Of a stretch of DNA of 64,000 nucleotides, positions 20,109 through 30,704 are shown in pieces. Below the pieces are notes generated by a model that was not told the DNA's origin, searched no databases, and was given only the letters and a program-made list of their open reading frames with translations. The first letter of the stretch is position 1; every line of letters begins with the position of its first letter. Source of the DNA: Spirochaetaceae bacterium (GTDB taxonomy: Bacteria > Spirochaetota > Spirochaetia > DSM-2461). A program made the translations under genes and the position numbers. The stretch is taken from the NCBI GenBank assembly GCA_051531975.1, contig JAOPTT010000009.1:160001-224000 (forward strand), in the 5' to 3' direction.

Positions 20109-20865
20109 AAATCTGTGTAAAAAATCGTAAAAAGACTTTTCTATTTGTAAGCCATTGAATTGAGACACCGTTTTTACTGTTTTTTAACATGGCTTTAACT
20201 AGAAATAATGAAACATCTTCTACCCTATCTGCTAGGATGTTATATATTTTTATTACTTTATCTTTCTCATTTTTATCTTCAGGTAGAGAGGATAAAAGTA
20301 GATCGGTAACTACCATTCCCGGACTTAACAGACCTATTTTTACATTGCTACCTTTGACCTCTTTTGCTGCAGATTTTGTAAAGTAGGTTAGTGCTCTTTT
20401 TGTCATACCATAGAAGCTCATATTAGCTGTCATCATGTCGTTACTTCCATAACCTTCCATATTATAGATATAACCACCTTTTTCTGACATTCCTCTGCTG
20501 GCTATTTGTGTTCCATAAAGAACAGCCTTAATATTTAGATCTATTATCTGATTCATTTTATTAAGATCATGGTCAGTTACTGACTGTCTATTTTGACTCA
20601 TCCCTGCATTATTAATCCAGATATCTACAGAACCAAAATATCTATTTGCTTCCCAAAACATTCTAGATACAGAGTTATAACATGTTACATCACAGGCGTA
20701 AACATGAATAAAGTTACCTGGGAATTCGGTACTTAGTTTCCCTGCAACTGTGGATGCAACCATTCTATCTCGGCCATTAATCAGAACATTATGACCATGT
20801 TTTAAGAACTCTCTAACAAGTCCTAAACCAATTCCTCGGGTGCTACCAGTAATTACTACATTCAT
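20083..20865 (-). CDS. SDR family oxidoreductase
   Basis: TGSTRGIG, WINNAG, YGMTK, PGMV. Confidence 0.9.
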   Translation of the reverse strand: MNVVITGSTRGIGLGLVREFLKHGHNVLINGRDRMVASTVAGKLSTEFPGNFIHVYACDVTCYNSVSRMFWEANRYFGSVDIWINNAGMSQNRQSVTDHDLNKMNQIIDLNIKAVLYGTQIASRGMSEKGGYIYNMEGYGSNDMMTANMSFYGMTKRALTYFTKSAAKEVKGSNVKIGLLSPGMVVTDLLLSSLPEDKNEKDKVIKIYNILADRVEDVSLFLVKAMLKNSKNGVSIQWLTNRKVFLRFFTQIFKKRKVVY

Positions 20866-21076
20866 ACTAACTCCTACTATTAACTATATGTTCAAAACTA
20901 TAATTAGTAAAACTGTTTTTGATACTACTTTGTATAGCTTTAAATGGATCTTATTAAAAATTATTGACTACTACTTTAATCACAATTATGAATTATATAT
21001 AGGATATGAAAAAAGTTTGATTAAAAGAGAGGAATATAAAAACAGTATTAACATACATAAAACATGGAGAGTTCAG

Positions 21077-22438
21077 ATGAAAAAGTTCGATATTATAATA
21101 ATAGGTACAGGTCAGGCAACAGGTATAATAATGCCAGAACTATTAAAAGGAAATCTAAATATAGCAGTTATTGAATGTGATAAAGCTGGGGGTACATGTG
21201 TTAATTGGGGTTGTACACCTACAAAAACTTTAATTGCTAGTTCCAGGGCTGCCTATATGGCAAAAAGAGGAGCCGATTTTGGTGTTGATATCAGTGAGTT
21301 TAAGATTAATTTTACTAAGGTAATGCATAGAGTGAACAGTATAAGAGTTCCAGCTACTGATGGTTATAAAAGCTGGCTTAGTTCTGTTGCAACCTATTAC
21401 CAATTTGAAGCAAAATTTGTTGATGACCATAAAATACAGGTTGGGGAAGAGATAATCTATGGAGATAAAATAATTATCCACACTGGAACTAGGTCTAGAG
21501 TTCCAAAAATACCTGGTATTGATACTGTGCCATGGTTAGATAATAAGGGTATATTAGCATTAAAAGAGTTACCTAAACATCTTATTGTTATTGGTACTTC
21601 TTACATCGGTTTAGAGTTTGGTCAGGCTTTTTCTAGGTTAGGAAGCAAAATCTCAGTTCTTGGAATAGGAGGTAGAATACTATCTAGAGAAGATCCAGAT
21701 ATTAGTAGTATAGCTTATGATATACTAAATGATGAAGGTTTAGAGTTTCATCTAGAATCAAGTATACAATCAATGGAGAAATCCTCCATAGGGGTAAAAA
21801 TCCACTATATTCAAGATGGTATAGATAAAGTTATGGAGGGTTCACACATCCTCTTTGCCATTGGTCGAGTTCCTAATAGCGATGGTTTAGATCTTCCTAA
21901 AGCTGGAGTAAAAGTTGATAAAAGAGGTTTTATAGAAGTTGATGACTATACTCAGACAAATATTCCACACATTTATGCAATAGGCGATGTAAATGGCCAG
22001 GGTGCTTTTACCCATACGTCTGTACATGATGGCCAGGTTTTTACTGAACACTTAAGTGGAGGAACTAGAAAAATAAGTGATAGGATTCCTATTCATTCCA
22101 TGTTTATGGATCCACCTTTAGCCAGGGTTGGGTTAACCCAAACGGAAGCTATGACTACAGGGAAAAATGTAATGATGGCTACTAAAAAAATGAGTACTAT
22201 TAGTAGAGCACAAGAGAAGGATGAAACAAAAGGACTTATTAAACTATTAATAGATGTTGATACCAAATTAATACTAGGAGCCACAATTTTAGGTGTTGGA
22301 GGGGATGAGATAATAGGTATGGTTGCCCTTGCTATGATAGCCAAACTTCCTTATACCGTTTTACAAGAGACCGTTTTACCACATCCAACTGTATCTGAAC
22401 TAATACCATGGATATTTAACGATCTACAAAAAGTATAA
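21077..22438 (+). CDS. Pyridine nucleotide-disulfide oxidoreductase (mercuric reductase/RclA/LpdA-like family)
   Basis: Start moved to ATG 21077 (GGAG SD). GGTCVNWGCTPTK redox disulfide, IYAIGD, HPTVSE; no MerA C-terminal Cys pair. Confidence 0.88.
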   Translation: MKKFDIIIIGTGQATGIIMPELLKGNLNIAVIECDKAGGTCVNWGCTPTKTLIASSRAAYMAKRGADFGVDISEFKINFTKVMHRVNSIRVPATDGYKSWLSSVATYYQFEAKFVDDHKIQVGEEIIYGDKIIIHTGTRSRVPKIPGIDTVPWLDNKGILALKELPKHLIVIGTSYIGLEFGQAFSRLGSKISVLGIGGRILSREDPDISSIAYDILNDEGLEFHLESSIQSMEKSSIGVKIHYIQDGIDKVMEGSHILFAIGRVPNSDGLDLPKAGVKVDKRGFIEVDDYTQTNIPHIYAIGDVNGQGAFTHTSVHDGQVFTEHLSGGTRKISDRIPIHSMFMDPPLARVGLTQTEAMTTGKNVMMATKKMSTISRAQEKDETKGLIKLLIDVDTKLILGATILGVGGDEIIGMVALAMIAKLPYTVLQETVLPHPTVSELIPWIFNDLQKV

Positions 22439-22531
22439 TGTAAGCAACAATCTCTACTACTTTAGTATTGTTTTATGGTGATAATATTAAATTTAATTGA
22501 CTAGAATATTAATCTGCATTACCAATAATAT

Positions 22532-23275
22532 ATGAAATATAAAGTAGTTAGTTTAAAAGAGAGATACGACCTATTTGAGAAATCAGATGAACTGAATATG
22601 GAAGCCTGGGATGAGTTTATGTTACACGACCCAGTAGCAGATGAGAACTGGATGACATTTATTGATGCATATAAAGATTATCAACTTATTATTTTAGATG
22701 AAAATGATGAGATGGCAGCAAGTATGGTTTCTGTACCAATAAAATATGATGGTGATATAAAAGATCTTCCTGATGAGGGATGGGATTGGGCTGTAAAAAA
22801 ATCAATATCTGATCTTAATGATGGATTAATAGCAAATATATTAGTTGGTCTTCAAATTGTTGTATATGACAAATACCGAGGTAAGGGGTTAAGCTCCATT
22901 GCAGTAAAAGAGATGGCAAAACTTGGTAAAGAAAAGGGCTTTAAAAATCTAGTAATACCTGTAAGACCTAGTGATAAACACAAATATCCTTTGGTTGATA
23001 TGGAACAGTATATCACTTTTAAAAACGATAAAGATCTTCCATTAGATAACTGGTTAAGAGTTCATGTAAAAGCTGGAGGTAACATTATTAATGTTTGTAC
23101 ACATGCAATGGAAATACCTGGGACTATAAAGGATTGGTCTGAATGGACTGGACTTAAATTTCCAATTAGTGGTCCATATATAATAAAAGGTGCACTGAAT
23201 CCCGTTCTGTTTAATGTAGAGAAAGACAGTGGGATTTATATAGAACCAAATGTATGGATTTTACATAAGCTATAA
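22532..23275 (+). CDS. GNAT family N-acetyltransferase
   Basis: YRGKGLS acetyl-CoA motif; DNWLRVH..GG. Confidence 0.8.
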   Translation: MKYKVVSLKERYDLFEKSDELNMEAWDEFMLHDPVADENWMTFIDAYKDYQLIILDENDEMAASMVSVPIKYDGDIKDLPDEGWDWAVKKSISDLNDGLIANILVGLQIVVYDKYRGKGLSSIAVKEMAKLGKEKGFKNLVIPVRPSDKHKYPLVDMEQYITFKNDKDLPLDNWLRVHVKAGGNIINVCTHAMEIPGTIKDWSEWTGLKFPISGPYIIKGALNPVLFNVEKDSGIYIEPNVWILHKL

Positions 23276-23300
23276 GGGGAGGGGGGATCTCCCCCCTATA
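23272..23300. terminator. Probable bidirectional terminator
   Basis: G/C-rich hairpin (ggggga...tcccccc) between convergent genes. Confidence 0.55.
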
Positions 23301-23305
23301 TGGAA

Positions 23306-23758
23306 CTATCCTATTAGATTTCGTTTTGCGATACCTTTTAAAGGTTCTGTTACAAGTAATAAAAATACAACTCCATAGAAAATTGATATGCAAACAACTC
23401 CAGTATTTCTTCCAACAGAGGAAATATCTTCTAAGTTAGCCATCATACCAATAACTCCTATAAATACTGCAACAATTGCACCAACAATAGTTAAATTTCT
23501 AAGCAGGGAATAATATGATACTGCTTGTTCCAATGACTTTTTATCACCTGTACCTATAGGTTTAAATATCTCCTTATTAAACTCTCTTTGGATTTTAAAG
23601 GGATAGATAAAAGATGATATAAAAAATGGTAAGATTGGAACAAATATTAGTGTTGGGATATCTAGGTATAGAAGTATTGAATTTCCTCCAGAAATTATCC
23701 CCCAAAAAACAATAATTAGTGCAAATAATAATGATATAAAATACTTTGTTTTAGTCAT
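23306..23758 (-). CDS. Short MotA/TolQ/ExbB-like membrane protein
   Basis: GGN..YLDIPTLIFV and IGVIGMMANLED...VG...ISIFYG resemble MotA TM1-2 and TM3-4; 150 aa. Confidence 0.6.
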   Translation of the reverse strand: MTKTKYFISLLFALIIVFWGIISGGNSILLYLDIPTLIFVPILPFFISSFIYPFKIQREFNKEIFKPIGTGDKKSLEQAVSYYSLLRNLTIVGAIVAVFIGVIGMMANLEDISSVGRNTGVVCISIFYGVVFLLLVTEPLKGIAKRNLIG

Positions 23759-24038
23759 TAGACTCTCCTTTGTTTTGCATATAGTAGGCAGAATTAAGAA
23801 TTACCCGGGTAAAACTCTCCTTAAAACTATCTCTATAATATTTTGATATCCCTACTTTTCTTATTTCTGAATCATAAGAACTAGGTAGAGATACTAATAC
23901 CATGGAAGCAACAGCCATAGCCGTTAATAAGATATTATCCCATGGTTTATTAACCTTTTTACTATTAAAAGTAGGCATAGGAGGAGTTGTTATATTTAGT
24001 ACTTCGTTTTCATAATAGTTTTTAATACTGTCTTTCAT
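23751..24038 (-). CDS. Small single-TM protein, putative anti-sigma factor
   Basis: Overlaps the ECF sigma stop, has one TM, ATG at 24038. Confidence 0.5.
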   Translation of the reverse strand: MKDSIKNYYENEVLNITTPPMPTFNSKKVNKPWDNILLTAMAVASMVLVSLPSSYDSEIRKVGISKYYRDSFKESFTRVILNSAYYMQNKGESND

Positions 24039-24552
24039 ATTTCCCACTCCTTTCCATTATACTTTTAATTTTTTTTCTAGAACAGGACATTCTGAATTTC
24101 AATGTTCCTATTGGTACTCCTGTGATCTCAGAGATCTCTCTATAGTTTTGTTCCTCGTAATAATAGAGGTATATAAGTTCTCTATCGTAAGATTTTAATT
24201 CACCTATAGCATGTCTAATAGTGTTCTGATCATACTCCCTCATAAACAGAGTTTCAGGTGTCTCATCTGTCGGTATTTCATGATCATCAATATCCACACT
24301 TTGAATTGAGATCTTTCTAATTTCATCAATTTGGGTATTTCTAGCTATTGTATATATCCATGTGGAAAATGCGTATTTAGGATTGTATTGGTCTAGTTTA
24401 GTGAATACTTTTAATAAAATCTCAGAGACTTTATCTTGGGTATCAGTAATGTAAGGGAAGAGTTGTTTGAGGTATACCTGAAGTTTAGGGTGATAAGTCA
24501 CCCATATATCTTCCTGTATCCTCGCTCTGTTTTTGTTATTTATTTTTTCCAT
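24022..24552 (-). CDS. ECF RNA polymerase sigma factor
   Basis: FSTWIYTIARN region 2; YREISEITGVPIGTLKFRM region 4. Confidence 0.92.
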   Translation of the reverse strand: MEKINNKNRARIQEDIWVTYHPKLQVYLKQLFPYITDTQDKVSEILLKVFTKLDQYNPKYAFSTWIYTIARNTQIDEIRKISIQSVDIDDHEIPTDETPETLFMREYDQNTIRHAIGELKSYDRELIYLYYYEEQNYREISEITGVPIGTLKFRMSCSRKKIKSIMERSGKYERQY

Positions 24553-24563
24553 TCACCTATATT

Positions 24564-24590
24564 ATGCGTATAAATGTAGAAATGGTTGGA
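24564..24590 (-). promoter_or_regulatory. Putative ECF autoregulatory promoter
   Basis: TCCAAC-N16-CGCAT about 12 nt upstream of the ECF ATG. Confidence 0.5.
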
Positions 24591-24597
24591 ACTTTTT

Positions 24598-25518
24598 TTA
24601 ATTATTTTTTATATAGTGACCGAATAGCAGTTCTACTTCTGGATATATAGATTTAAATTCCATTATCTGATCAAAATACTCTTGAGCTTTTTCTACATCT
24701 CTAGAATACATACCAGGTCCAACACCAGAAGTTATATTGTCTATAAAGTTAACTTGATCTCCAGTCATAAGGTAGGGTCCATTGGTACTATTTATTAAAT
24801 AACTAACATGTCCAGTAGAATGCCCATTTGTATTTATTGCATATATAGAACCATCGCCAAATACATCTAATACGCTACTAAATGGGTATAAGGCCTTCCC
24901 TTGTTCAAAGTCTAGCTCTTTTATTTCTGTAACTTTGTCTAAGTGGGTAGTTCTATAAAGAGGCGGTAGGTCAATGTCATCCTCTGATTTCCCTACAACA
25001 ATTGGAAAGGTTGGTTCTAGATCACTTAGTCCTGCAGAGTGATCAAAGTGAAGGTGTGTAAAAAACATTCCATCTAATTTTATGTTATTGTCAGATAGAC
25101 GTTTATATATACTTTTATTTGTTGCATTTTGCCCATCTGGAGTAAAAAGTGGCTTTAATAGACCTTTTACATTTGTATATTTATTTTTTTCATAGGACTT
25201 ATCTAGACCAGAATCTACTAAAAAAGTTCCATTATCTTTAGATTTGATAAGATATACAGGTACATCTACAAACATCTTTTTACTTTCATATTTAGGTGCG
25301 TCTTTATGTTTTAAATTAATTATGCCTTTAATAACAACCTCTAGTTGTCCTGTATTCCATGTCTCTACAGTTATATCTTTTGGTCTACTAAATATTTCAT
25401 CCCAGTTGTCAACTTTTGGTGATTCAGCTGAATAGTTTGATCTTTTATGAGGTGTAGAACAACCCATAACCACGATTGAAAGTAGTATGAATAGTACAAC
25501 TTTATTATTTAATTTCAT
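24598..25518 (-). CDS. MBL-fold metallohydrolase (AHL-lactonase-like), lipoprotein
   Basis: Start moved to 25518 (AAGGAG SD). Lipobox VMGC; THLHFDH, GHSTGH, TGD and GH motifs. Confidence 0.8.
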   Translation of the reverse strand: MKLNNKVVLFILLSIVVMGCSTPHKRSNYSAESPKVDNWDEIFSRPKDITVETWNTGQLEVVIKGIINLKHKDAPKYESKKMFVDVPVYLIKSKDNGTFLVDSGLDKSYEKNKYTNVKGLLKPLFTPDGQNATNKSIYKRLSDNNIKLDGMFFTHLHFDHSAGLSDLEPTFPIVVGKSEDDIDLPPLYRTTHLDKVTEIKELDFEQGKALYPFSSVLDVFGDGSIYAINTNGHSTGHVSYLINSTNGPYLMTGDQVNFIDNITSGVGPGMYSRDVEKAQEYFDQIMEFKSIYPEVELLFGHYIKNN

Positions 25519-25531
25519 GTTAATCTCCTTA

Positions 25532-25549
25532 ATACCGACTGTTCGGTAT
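25532..25549. promoter_or_regulatory. TetR operator (copy 2)
   Basis: ATACCGActgtTCGGTAT palindrome matching the site upstream of tetR. Confidence 0.7.
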
Positions 25550-25568
25550 GTTTTAATGATAAAAAAAA

Positions 25569-26156
25569 TTATTTTAATCCTTTTACTATAAGTGTTGAGA
25601 TCGAATCCCAACTACTAACCTCATCTATTTCTACAGCGCCTAAAATCTTCTGTTTTACAATTCCCATCACTGATATATTTAATAGATTTGCTAATGATGC
25701 ATTATCCATAGTTTTATTGTTGTAATAATTTAATAACTTTTCTGCAAAATTAAGTAAGAAGTTAAATACTAAATTATGAGAGGTTGATAATGCATCGTTC
25801 ATCTCACTATTTTTATATGTCTCTATCTCCATCATGTGCAAAAACTTAACCTTAGATCTGTTTTTAAGGCTACTACTAATAAATAGATGTCCCATTTCTC
25901 TTATGGTATTTTCAGTTATCGTTATATTTTCTAGATTCTCCCATACATCTTGCTGAGAATTACACTGTGTCTCAACTAGTATGTCTAATAACTGTTTTTT
26001 AGAGTCAAAATGCCAGTAAAGTCCACCCTTTGTTATTTTAGCTTTCTTACAAATATCATCAATACTTGTTCCTGAGTATCCTTTATGTGTAAAGCAATAA
26101 AGTGCAACATCAAGTATCTCTTGACGCCTTACTTCTTTAGGTTTATTTTCTGCCAT
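25569..26156 (-). CDS. TetR/AcrR family regulator
   Basis: KGYSGTSIDDIC...TKGGLYWHFDSK HTH. Confidence 0.92.
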   Translation of the reverse strand: MAENKPKEVRRQEILDVALYCFTHKGYSGTSIDDICKKAKITKGGLYWHFDSKKQLLDILVETQCNSQQDVWENLENITITENTIREMGHLFISSSLKNRSKVKFLHMMEIETYKNSEMNDALSTSHNLVFNFLLNFAEKLLNYYNNKTMDNASLANLLNISVMGIVKQKILGAVEIDEVSSWDSISTLIVKGLK

Positions 26157-26162
26157 ATAGCA

Positions 26163-26191
26163 AACATACTGCCTGGTCGGTATTTTGTCAA
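26163..26191 (-). promoter_or_regulatory. sigma70 promoter with embedded TetR operator; leaderless start
   Basis: TTGACA-17-TATGTT-6nt-ATG; operator ATACCGACCAGGCAGTAT (26166-26183) spans the spacer and overlaps the -10. Confidence 0.7.
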
Positions 26192-26207
26192 TAGAAAGAA
26201 TTCCTCT

Positions 26208-26274
26208 TAATAGTAATAATTACCATTAAATCGATCTAAAAGGTGTTGCAAATAAATAAATTAGGTTGGATAAT
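26208..26274 (+). promoter_or_regulatory. Fur/PerR-like palindrome plus suf promoter
   Basis: TAATAGTAATaATTACCATTA (26208-26228); TTGCAA(26246)-17-GATAAT. Confidence 0.45.
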
Positions 26275-26298
26275 TAAAGTTAGGCAAGGATAATAGTA

Positions 26299-27726
26299 AT
26301 GGATAACAATATAGATAAACATATATCCGGTGAATATAAACTCGGATTTGAAACCAACGTAGAGTCTGAAACATTTCCAGTAGGACTAAACATAGACGTT
26401 ATAAAAAAGATATCAGAAAAGAAGGATGATCCAAAGTGGTTATTGGATTTTAGAATTAAATCATATAACAAATGGTTAACCCAGGTTGAGCCTAATTGGG
26501 CGAACTTAGAACATGACCCAATAGATTACCAAAATATAAGTTATTTCTCTAAACCTAAAAAAAAGTTAGATAGCTTAGATGAAGTTGATGAATCAATTTT
26601 AAAAACATACGAGAGGTTAGGAATTCCTTTAGAGGAACAAAAAATACTCTCTGGTGTTGCTGTAGATGCTGTTTTTGATTCAGTTTCAGTGGTTACTACA
26701 TTCAAGGAACATTTAGAAGAGAAAGGAATTATATTTTGCTCAATAAGTGAAGCTGCAAAAAACCATCCAGAACTGATACAGAAGTATTTAGGTTCAGTCG
26801 TTCCTTATAATGATAATTTTTTTGCTACATTAAATGGTGCGGTTTTTACAGATGGCTCATTTGTATATATTCCTAAAAATACAAGATGCCCAATGGAGTT
26901 ATCAACATATTTTAGGATTAATGCAGAAAATACAGGGCAATTTGAGAGAACCCTAATTATTGCGGATGAGGGTAGTTATGTTTCATATAACGAAGGTTGT
27001 TCCGCGCCACAAAGGGATGAAAATCAGCTACATGCTGCTGTTGTTGAATTAATTGCACTAAAGGGTGCCCATATTAAATATTCAACAATTCAGAATTGGT
27101 ACCCAGGGGATATTAATGGTAAAGGTGGTATCTATAACTTTGTAACTAAAAGAGGAATATGCCACGAAGATGCAAAGATTTCCTGGACTCAAGTAGAGAC
27201 CGGATCAGCACTGACCTGGAAATATCCAAGTTGTATTTTAAAGGGTGATAACTCTGTAGGAGAGTTCTATTCTGTAGCGCTTTCTACTCTGAAGCAACAA
27301 GCTGATACTGGAACAAAAATGATCCACATAGGTAAAAATACAAAATCAACAATTATTTCTAAAGGGATATCAGCATTAAAAGGTAAAAATAGTTATAGAG
27401 GTCTGGTTAAGTTTAATAAAAATGCATCAGGGGCAAGAAATTTTTCCCAGTGTGACTCCTTATTAATTGGTGAAGAGTGTAGTGCTCATACGTTTCCATA
27501 TTTAGATACAGCAAATCAAGACTCAATAGTTGAGCACGAAGCTACAACATCTAAAATAAGCGATGAACAGCTTTTTTATATACGACAAAGAGGAATAAAT
27601 CCAGAAGATGCAGTTAGTATGATAGTTAATGGCTTTTGCAAAGAAGTATTAAATGAATTACCAATGGAATTTGCAGTAGAAGCCAGAGAATTATTGAATA
27701 TTAGTCTGGAAGGGAGTATAGGTTAA
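26299..27726 (+). CDS. sufB: Fe-S cluster assembly protein SufB
   Basis: [37 protein letters not shown]. Confidence 0.96.
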   Translation: MDNNIDKHISGEYKLGFETNVESETFPVGLNIDVIKKISEKKDDPKWLLDFRIKSYNKWLTQVEPNWANLEHDPIDYQNISYFSKPKKKLDSLDEVDESILKTYERLGIPLEEQKILSGVAVDAVFDSVSVVTTFKEHLEEKGIIFCSISEAAKNHPELIQKYLGSVVPYNDNFFATLNGAVFTDGSFVYIPKNTRCPMELSTYFRINAENTGQFERTLIIADEGSYVSYNEGCSAPQRDENQLHAAVVELIALKGAHIKYSTIQNWYPGDINGKGGIYNFVTKRGICHEDAKISWTQVETGSALTWKYPSCILKGDNSVGEFYSVALSTLKQQADTGTKMIHIGKNTKSTIISKGISALKGKNSYRGLVKFNKNASGARNFSQCDSLLIGEECSAHTFPYLDTANQDSIVEHEATTSKISDEQLFYIRQRGINPEDAVSMIVNGFCKEVLNELPMEFAVEARELLNISLEGSIG

Positions 27727-28481
27727 TGGAATTACTAAAAATAGAAAACCTGAAAGTAGAGGTTGAAGATAAAAAGATTATTAATGGTCTTAATTTAACA
27801 ATTAATAGAGGTGAAGTTCACGCTTTAATGGGACAAAATGGTTGTGGTAAATCAACATTAGCCAAGGCAATTACAGGACATTTTGCTATAAATATTAAAG
27901 GTGGAAATATCTCTTTTAAAACCCATGATCTTTTAGCCATGGAACCTGAAGAGAGGGCAAATAGAGGAGTTTTTATGAGCTTCCAAAGTCCTAGAGAGAT
28001 CCCTGGAGTTAATAATATGTACTTCCTAAAAACATCTCTTAATTTAAAGAGGGAGTTTTATGGAAAAGAAGAGTTAACATCTGCCCAAATATTAAAGAAG
28101 ATTAAATCCTTAACAAAAGAGCTTGGAATAGATAATGAAATATTAAAAAGATATGTAAATGATGGGTTCTCCGGTGGAGAAAAAAAGACTAATGAGCTTT
28201 TACAAATGTCTCTATTAGAGCCAGATTTAATAATTTTAGATGAAATTGACTCCGGGTTAGATATAGATGCATTAAAAAGAGTTGGAGAGGGAGTTAATAA
28301 ACTATTAGATGGTAAACGATCAGTTTTAATAATCACACATTATAAAAGAGTTCTAGACTATATAAAACCAGACTTTGTACATGTTATGTCAGAGGGTAAA
28401 ATAGTCAAATCAGGGGATATCTCACTTGTAAATATTTTGGAAGATAAAGGTTATAAGGGTATCGATTATGTATCTCCCTGA
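27726..28481 (+). CDS. sufC: Fe-S cluster assembly ATPase SufC
   Basis: GQNGCGKST, FSGGEKK, LDEIDSGLDIDAL. Confidence 0.96.
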   Translation: MELLKIENLKVEVEDKKIINGLNLTINRGEVHALMGQNGCGKSTLAKAITGHFAINIKGGNISFKTHDLLAMEPEERANRGVFMSFQSPREIPGVNNMYFLKTSLNLKREFYGKEELTSAQILKKIKSLTKELGIDNEILKRYVNDGFSGGEKKTNELLQMSLLEPDLIILDEIDSGLDIDALKRVGEGVNKLLDGKRSVLIITHYKRVLDYIKPDFVHVMSEGKIVKSGDISLVNILEDKGYKGIDYVSP

Positions 28482-29532
28482 ATTAAACCTGAATAGTATT
28501 GAAGAGTTTAAGAGCTTTAATATCGACGAACTCTTTAAAATAGATTGTTTAACAAAAACAGTTCCGGTCGTAGAATTAAAAAAGGTTGATGGCTTTATAC
28601 AGATTGATATTGTTGATGGAGTACCTAGGACTAATAATTTGACAGAAGGTATAACTATTTCTTCTGTCAAAACTAAAAAAGTTGATAGTTTTAATCCCCT
28701 AATTAATCTTAACACTACAGAGACATTTAAAATTATTTTTAAAACTAGCCCAAATAAACCAGTTGCCATAGTTAATCACATTACTGGGAAATTTTCATTT
28801 ATATCATCTAATATCACTTATGTTGTATTAAACGAAGTAAATGTTGATATTTTAGAGACCTCAAACTTATATAACGAGAATGAAGTATTTGTTAATAATA
28901 ACCGGGGATTTAATATAGAGTATTCAAATGTGTCTTACTCTAGGGTAGAAGAATTAAGTAACAAACATAACCTGATATATAATTATAATGGTTTTGTAAA
29001 CTCTGGATCATTAGATGTTGTTACCCTGAACCAGAGTGGGAATATCTGTATGAATATATGGGATATGGATCTGTTTAATGAAGGAACTTGTAATGTTAAT
29101 GGAGTAATCTCTCTTAAAGATACAATGAAACACGGAACAATATGTAAAATAAACCATAAAGATAGAGAAACTATAAGTAATCAAGAATTTAGACATGTAT
29201 TAGATGGTAGAAGTTTTGCTATGTACGATGGGGATAGTATTGTTTTAAACAACGCCAAGGATTCAAATACATCCCAACACTCTAAGGCCATTATGTTATC
29301 AAACGGTGCTAGAATATTAAATAAACCAAGGCTTAATATTTTTACTTCAGAAGTTAAAGCAGCCCATGGAGCCTCGGTTGGAAAGTTAAACTCTGAAGAT
29401 ATATTTTATCTAAAGCAGAGAGGGTTTCCTGAGGTTACAATTAAAAAATTATTAATAAATGCTTTTGTTACAGATGTAATAGATAGAATTAAATCCGATA
29501 TAGTTAAGGAGTTCTTTAATGAGAAAAAATGA
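28468..29532 (+). CDS. sufD: Fe-S cluster assembly protein SufD
   Basis: PRLNI...VKAAHGASVG...FYLKQRG; operon position. Confidence 0.88.
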   Translation: MYLPELNLNSIEEFKSFNIDELFKIDCLTKTVPVVELKKVDGFIQIDIVDGVPRTNNLTEGITISSVKTKKVDSFNPLINLNTTETFKIIFKTSPNKPVAIVNHITGKFSFISSNITYVVLNEVNVDILETSNLYNENEVFVNNNRGFNIEYSNVSYSRVEELSNKHNLIYNYNGFVNSGSLDVVTLNQSGNICMNIWDMDLFNEGTCNVNGVISLKDTMKHGTICKINHKDRETISNQEFRHVLDGRSFAMYDGDSIVLNNAKDSNTSQHSKAIMLSNGARILNKPRLNIFTSEVKAAHGASVGKLNSEDIFYLKQRGFPEVTIKKLLINAFVTDVIDRIKSDIVKEFFNEKK

Positions 29533-30703
29533 CTTTCCTTATTTTAAAAACAATCAAGTTTATTTAGATAATGCTGCAACAACTCAAAAGCCTCAATCGG
29601 TAATTGATGTAATCACCCAGTATTACACCGATTATTGTTCCAATACACACAGGGGTAGTTACAAAAATGGAAATAAGGCAACTACAGTATTTGAACATAC
29701 TAGGATTTTTGTACAAGATTTTATAGGAGCAAAAAGCAGTAATGAGATTATATTTACAAAAGGGGCAACAGAGGGTGTAAATATGGTAGCTTCAAGTTTT
29801 GTGAAGAACCGATTTAAAACAGTTATAATCTCCTCTTTGGAACATCATTCTAATATTGTTCCATGGCATATGATGGGTCGGACCATTGGGGCAGGACTTG
29901 AAGTTGTAAAATACAGGGATAATCTAGAATTTGATATGGTTCACTTCGAGGAGTTATTAAAAAATAATCCAGACTCTTTTGTATCCATAACCCATGTTTC
30001 TAATGCCTTTGGTGTGATTCATCCTGTTAAAAAAATAGTAAAACTAGCCCATAAATATGGGGCAAAAGTTCTAATAGATGGCGCCCAGGCTATATCTCAC
30101 TTTAAGGTAGATGTAAAAGATATTGGTGCAGACTTTTATCTGTTTTCAGGTCATAAAATATATGGTCCTACAGGAGTTGGAGTACTATATATAGATGAGA
30201 ATTCTATAGATGATTTTGATACATATCAGACTGGAGGGGCAGTTGTAGAGAAGGTTACATATGACAAAACAACTTTATTAGAATCACCACTGAAATTCGA
30301 AGCTGGGACCCAAAATATTGCTGGAGTTATCGGTTTAGGAGCGTCTCTTAATTATATTTATGATGTTGGTTATGAATCAATAGTAGGACATGAAGCTCTG
30401 TTAACAGATATAATATATAAAAGATTAAATAGTATAGAAGGTATACAACTTTATACAAAAAACAGTGAGTGTGTTGGTAATATAAGTTTTAATATAGAAG
30501 GTATATTACCAATAGATATAGGTCTTCTGTTAGATAAACAAGGAATCTCAGTTAGAGCTGGTCACCACTGTGCAATGCCAATTATGGATGCTCTAAATAT
30601 AGATGGTACAATTAGAATTAGTATTGGTATCTATAACGATTTAGAGGATATTGATAAGTTTTTTAAGGCTTTAGACAGAGCTATAGATATTATAAAAGGT
30701 TAA
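29519..30703 (+). CDS. sufS: Cysteine desulfurase SufS
   Basis: YLDNAATTQKP, SGHK, RAGHHCA. Confidence 0.94.
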   Translation: MRKNDFPYFKNNQVYLDNAATTQKPQSVIDVITQYYTDYCSNTHRGSYKNGNKATTVFEHTRIFVQDFIGAKSSNEIIFTKGATEGVNMVASSFVKNRFKTVIISSLEHHSNIVPWHMMGRTIGAGLEVVKYRDNLEFDMVHFEELLKNNPDSFVSITHVSNAFGVIHPVKKIVKLAHKYGAKVLIDGAQAISHFKVDVKDIGADFYLFSGHKIYGPTGVGVLYIDENSIDDFDTYQTGGAVVEKVTYDKTTLLESPLKFEAGTQNIAGVIGLGASLNYIYDVGYESIVGHEALLTDIIYKRLNSIEGIQLYTKNSECVGNISFNIEGILPIDIGLLLDKQGISVRAGHHCAMPIMDALNIDGTIRISIGIYNDLEDIDKFFKALDRAIDIIKG

Positions 30704-30704
30704 G

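Noticed and set aside
20840..21076. Long N-terminal extensions in the ORF track (also at 25611, 33851, 52743, 59621, 11161)
   Set aside because: They run through intergenic or promoter DNA; downstream ATGs have SD sequences or match family N-termini.
21077..22438. Call as merA
   Set aside because: It lacks the C-terminal Cys-Cys pair, the NmerA domain and mer operon neighbours.
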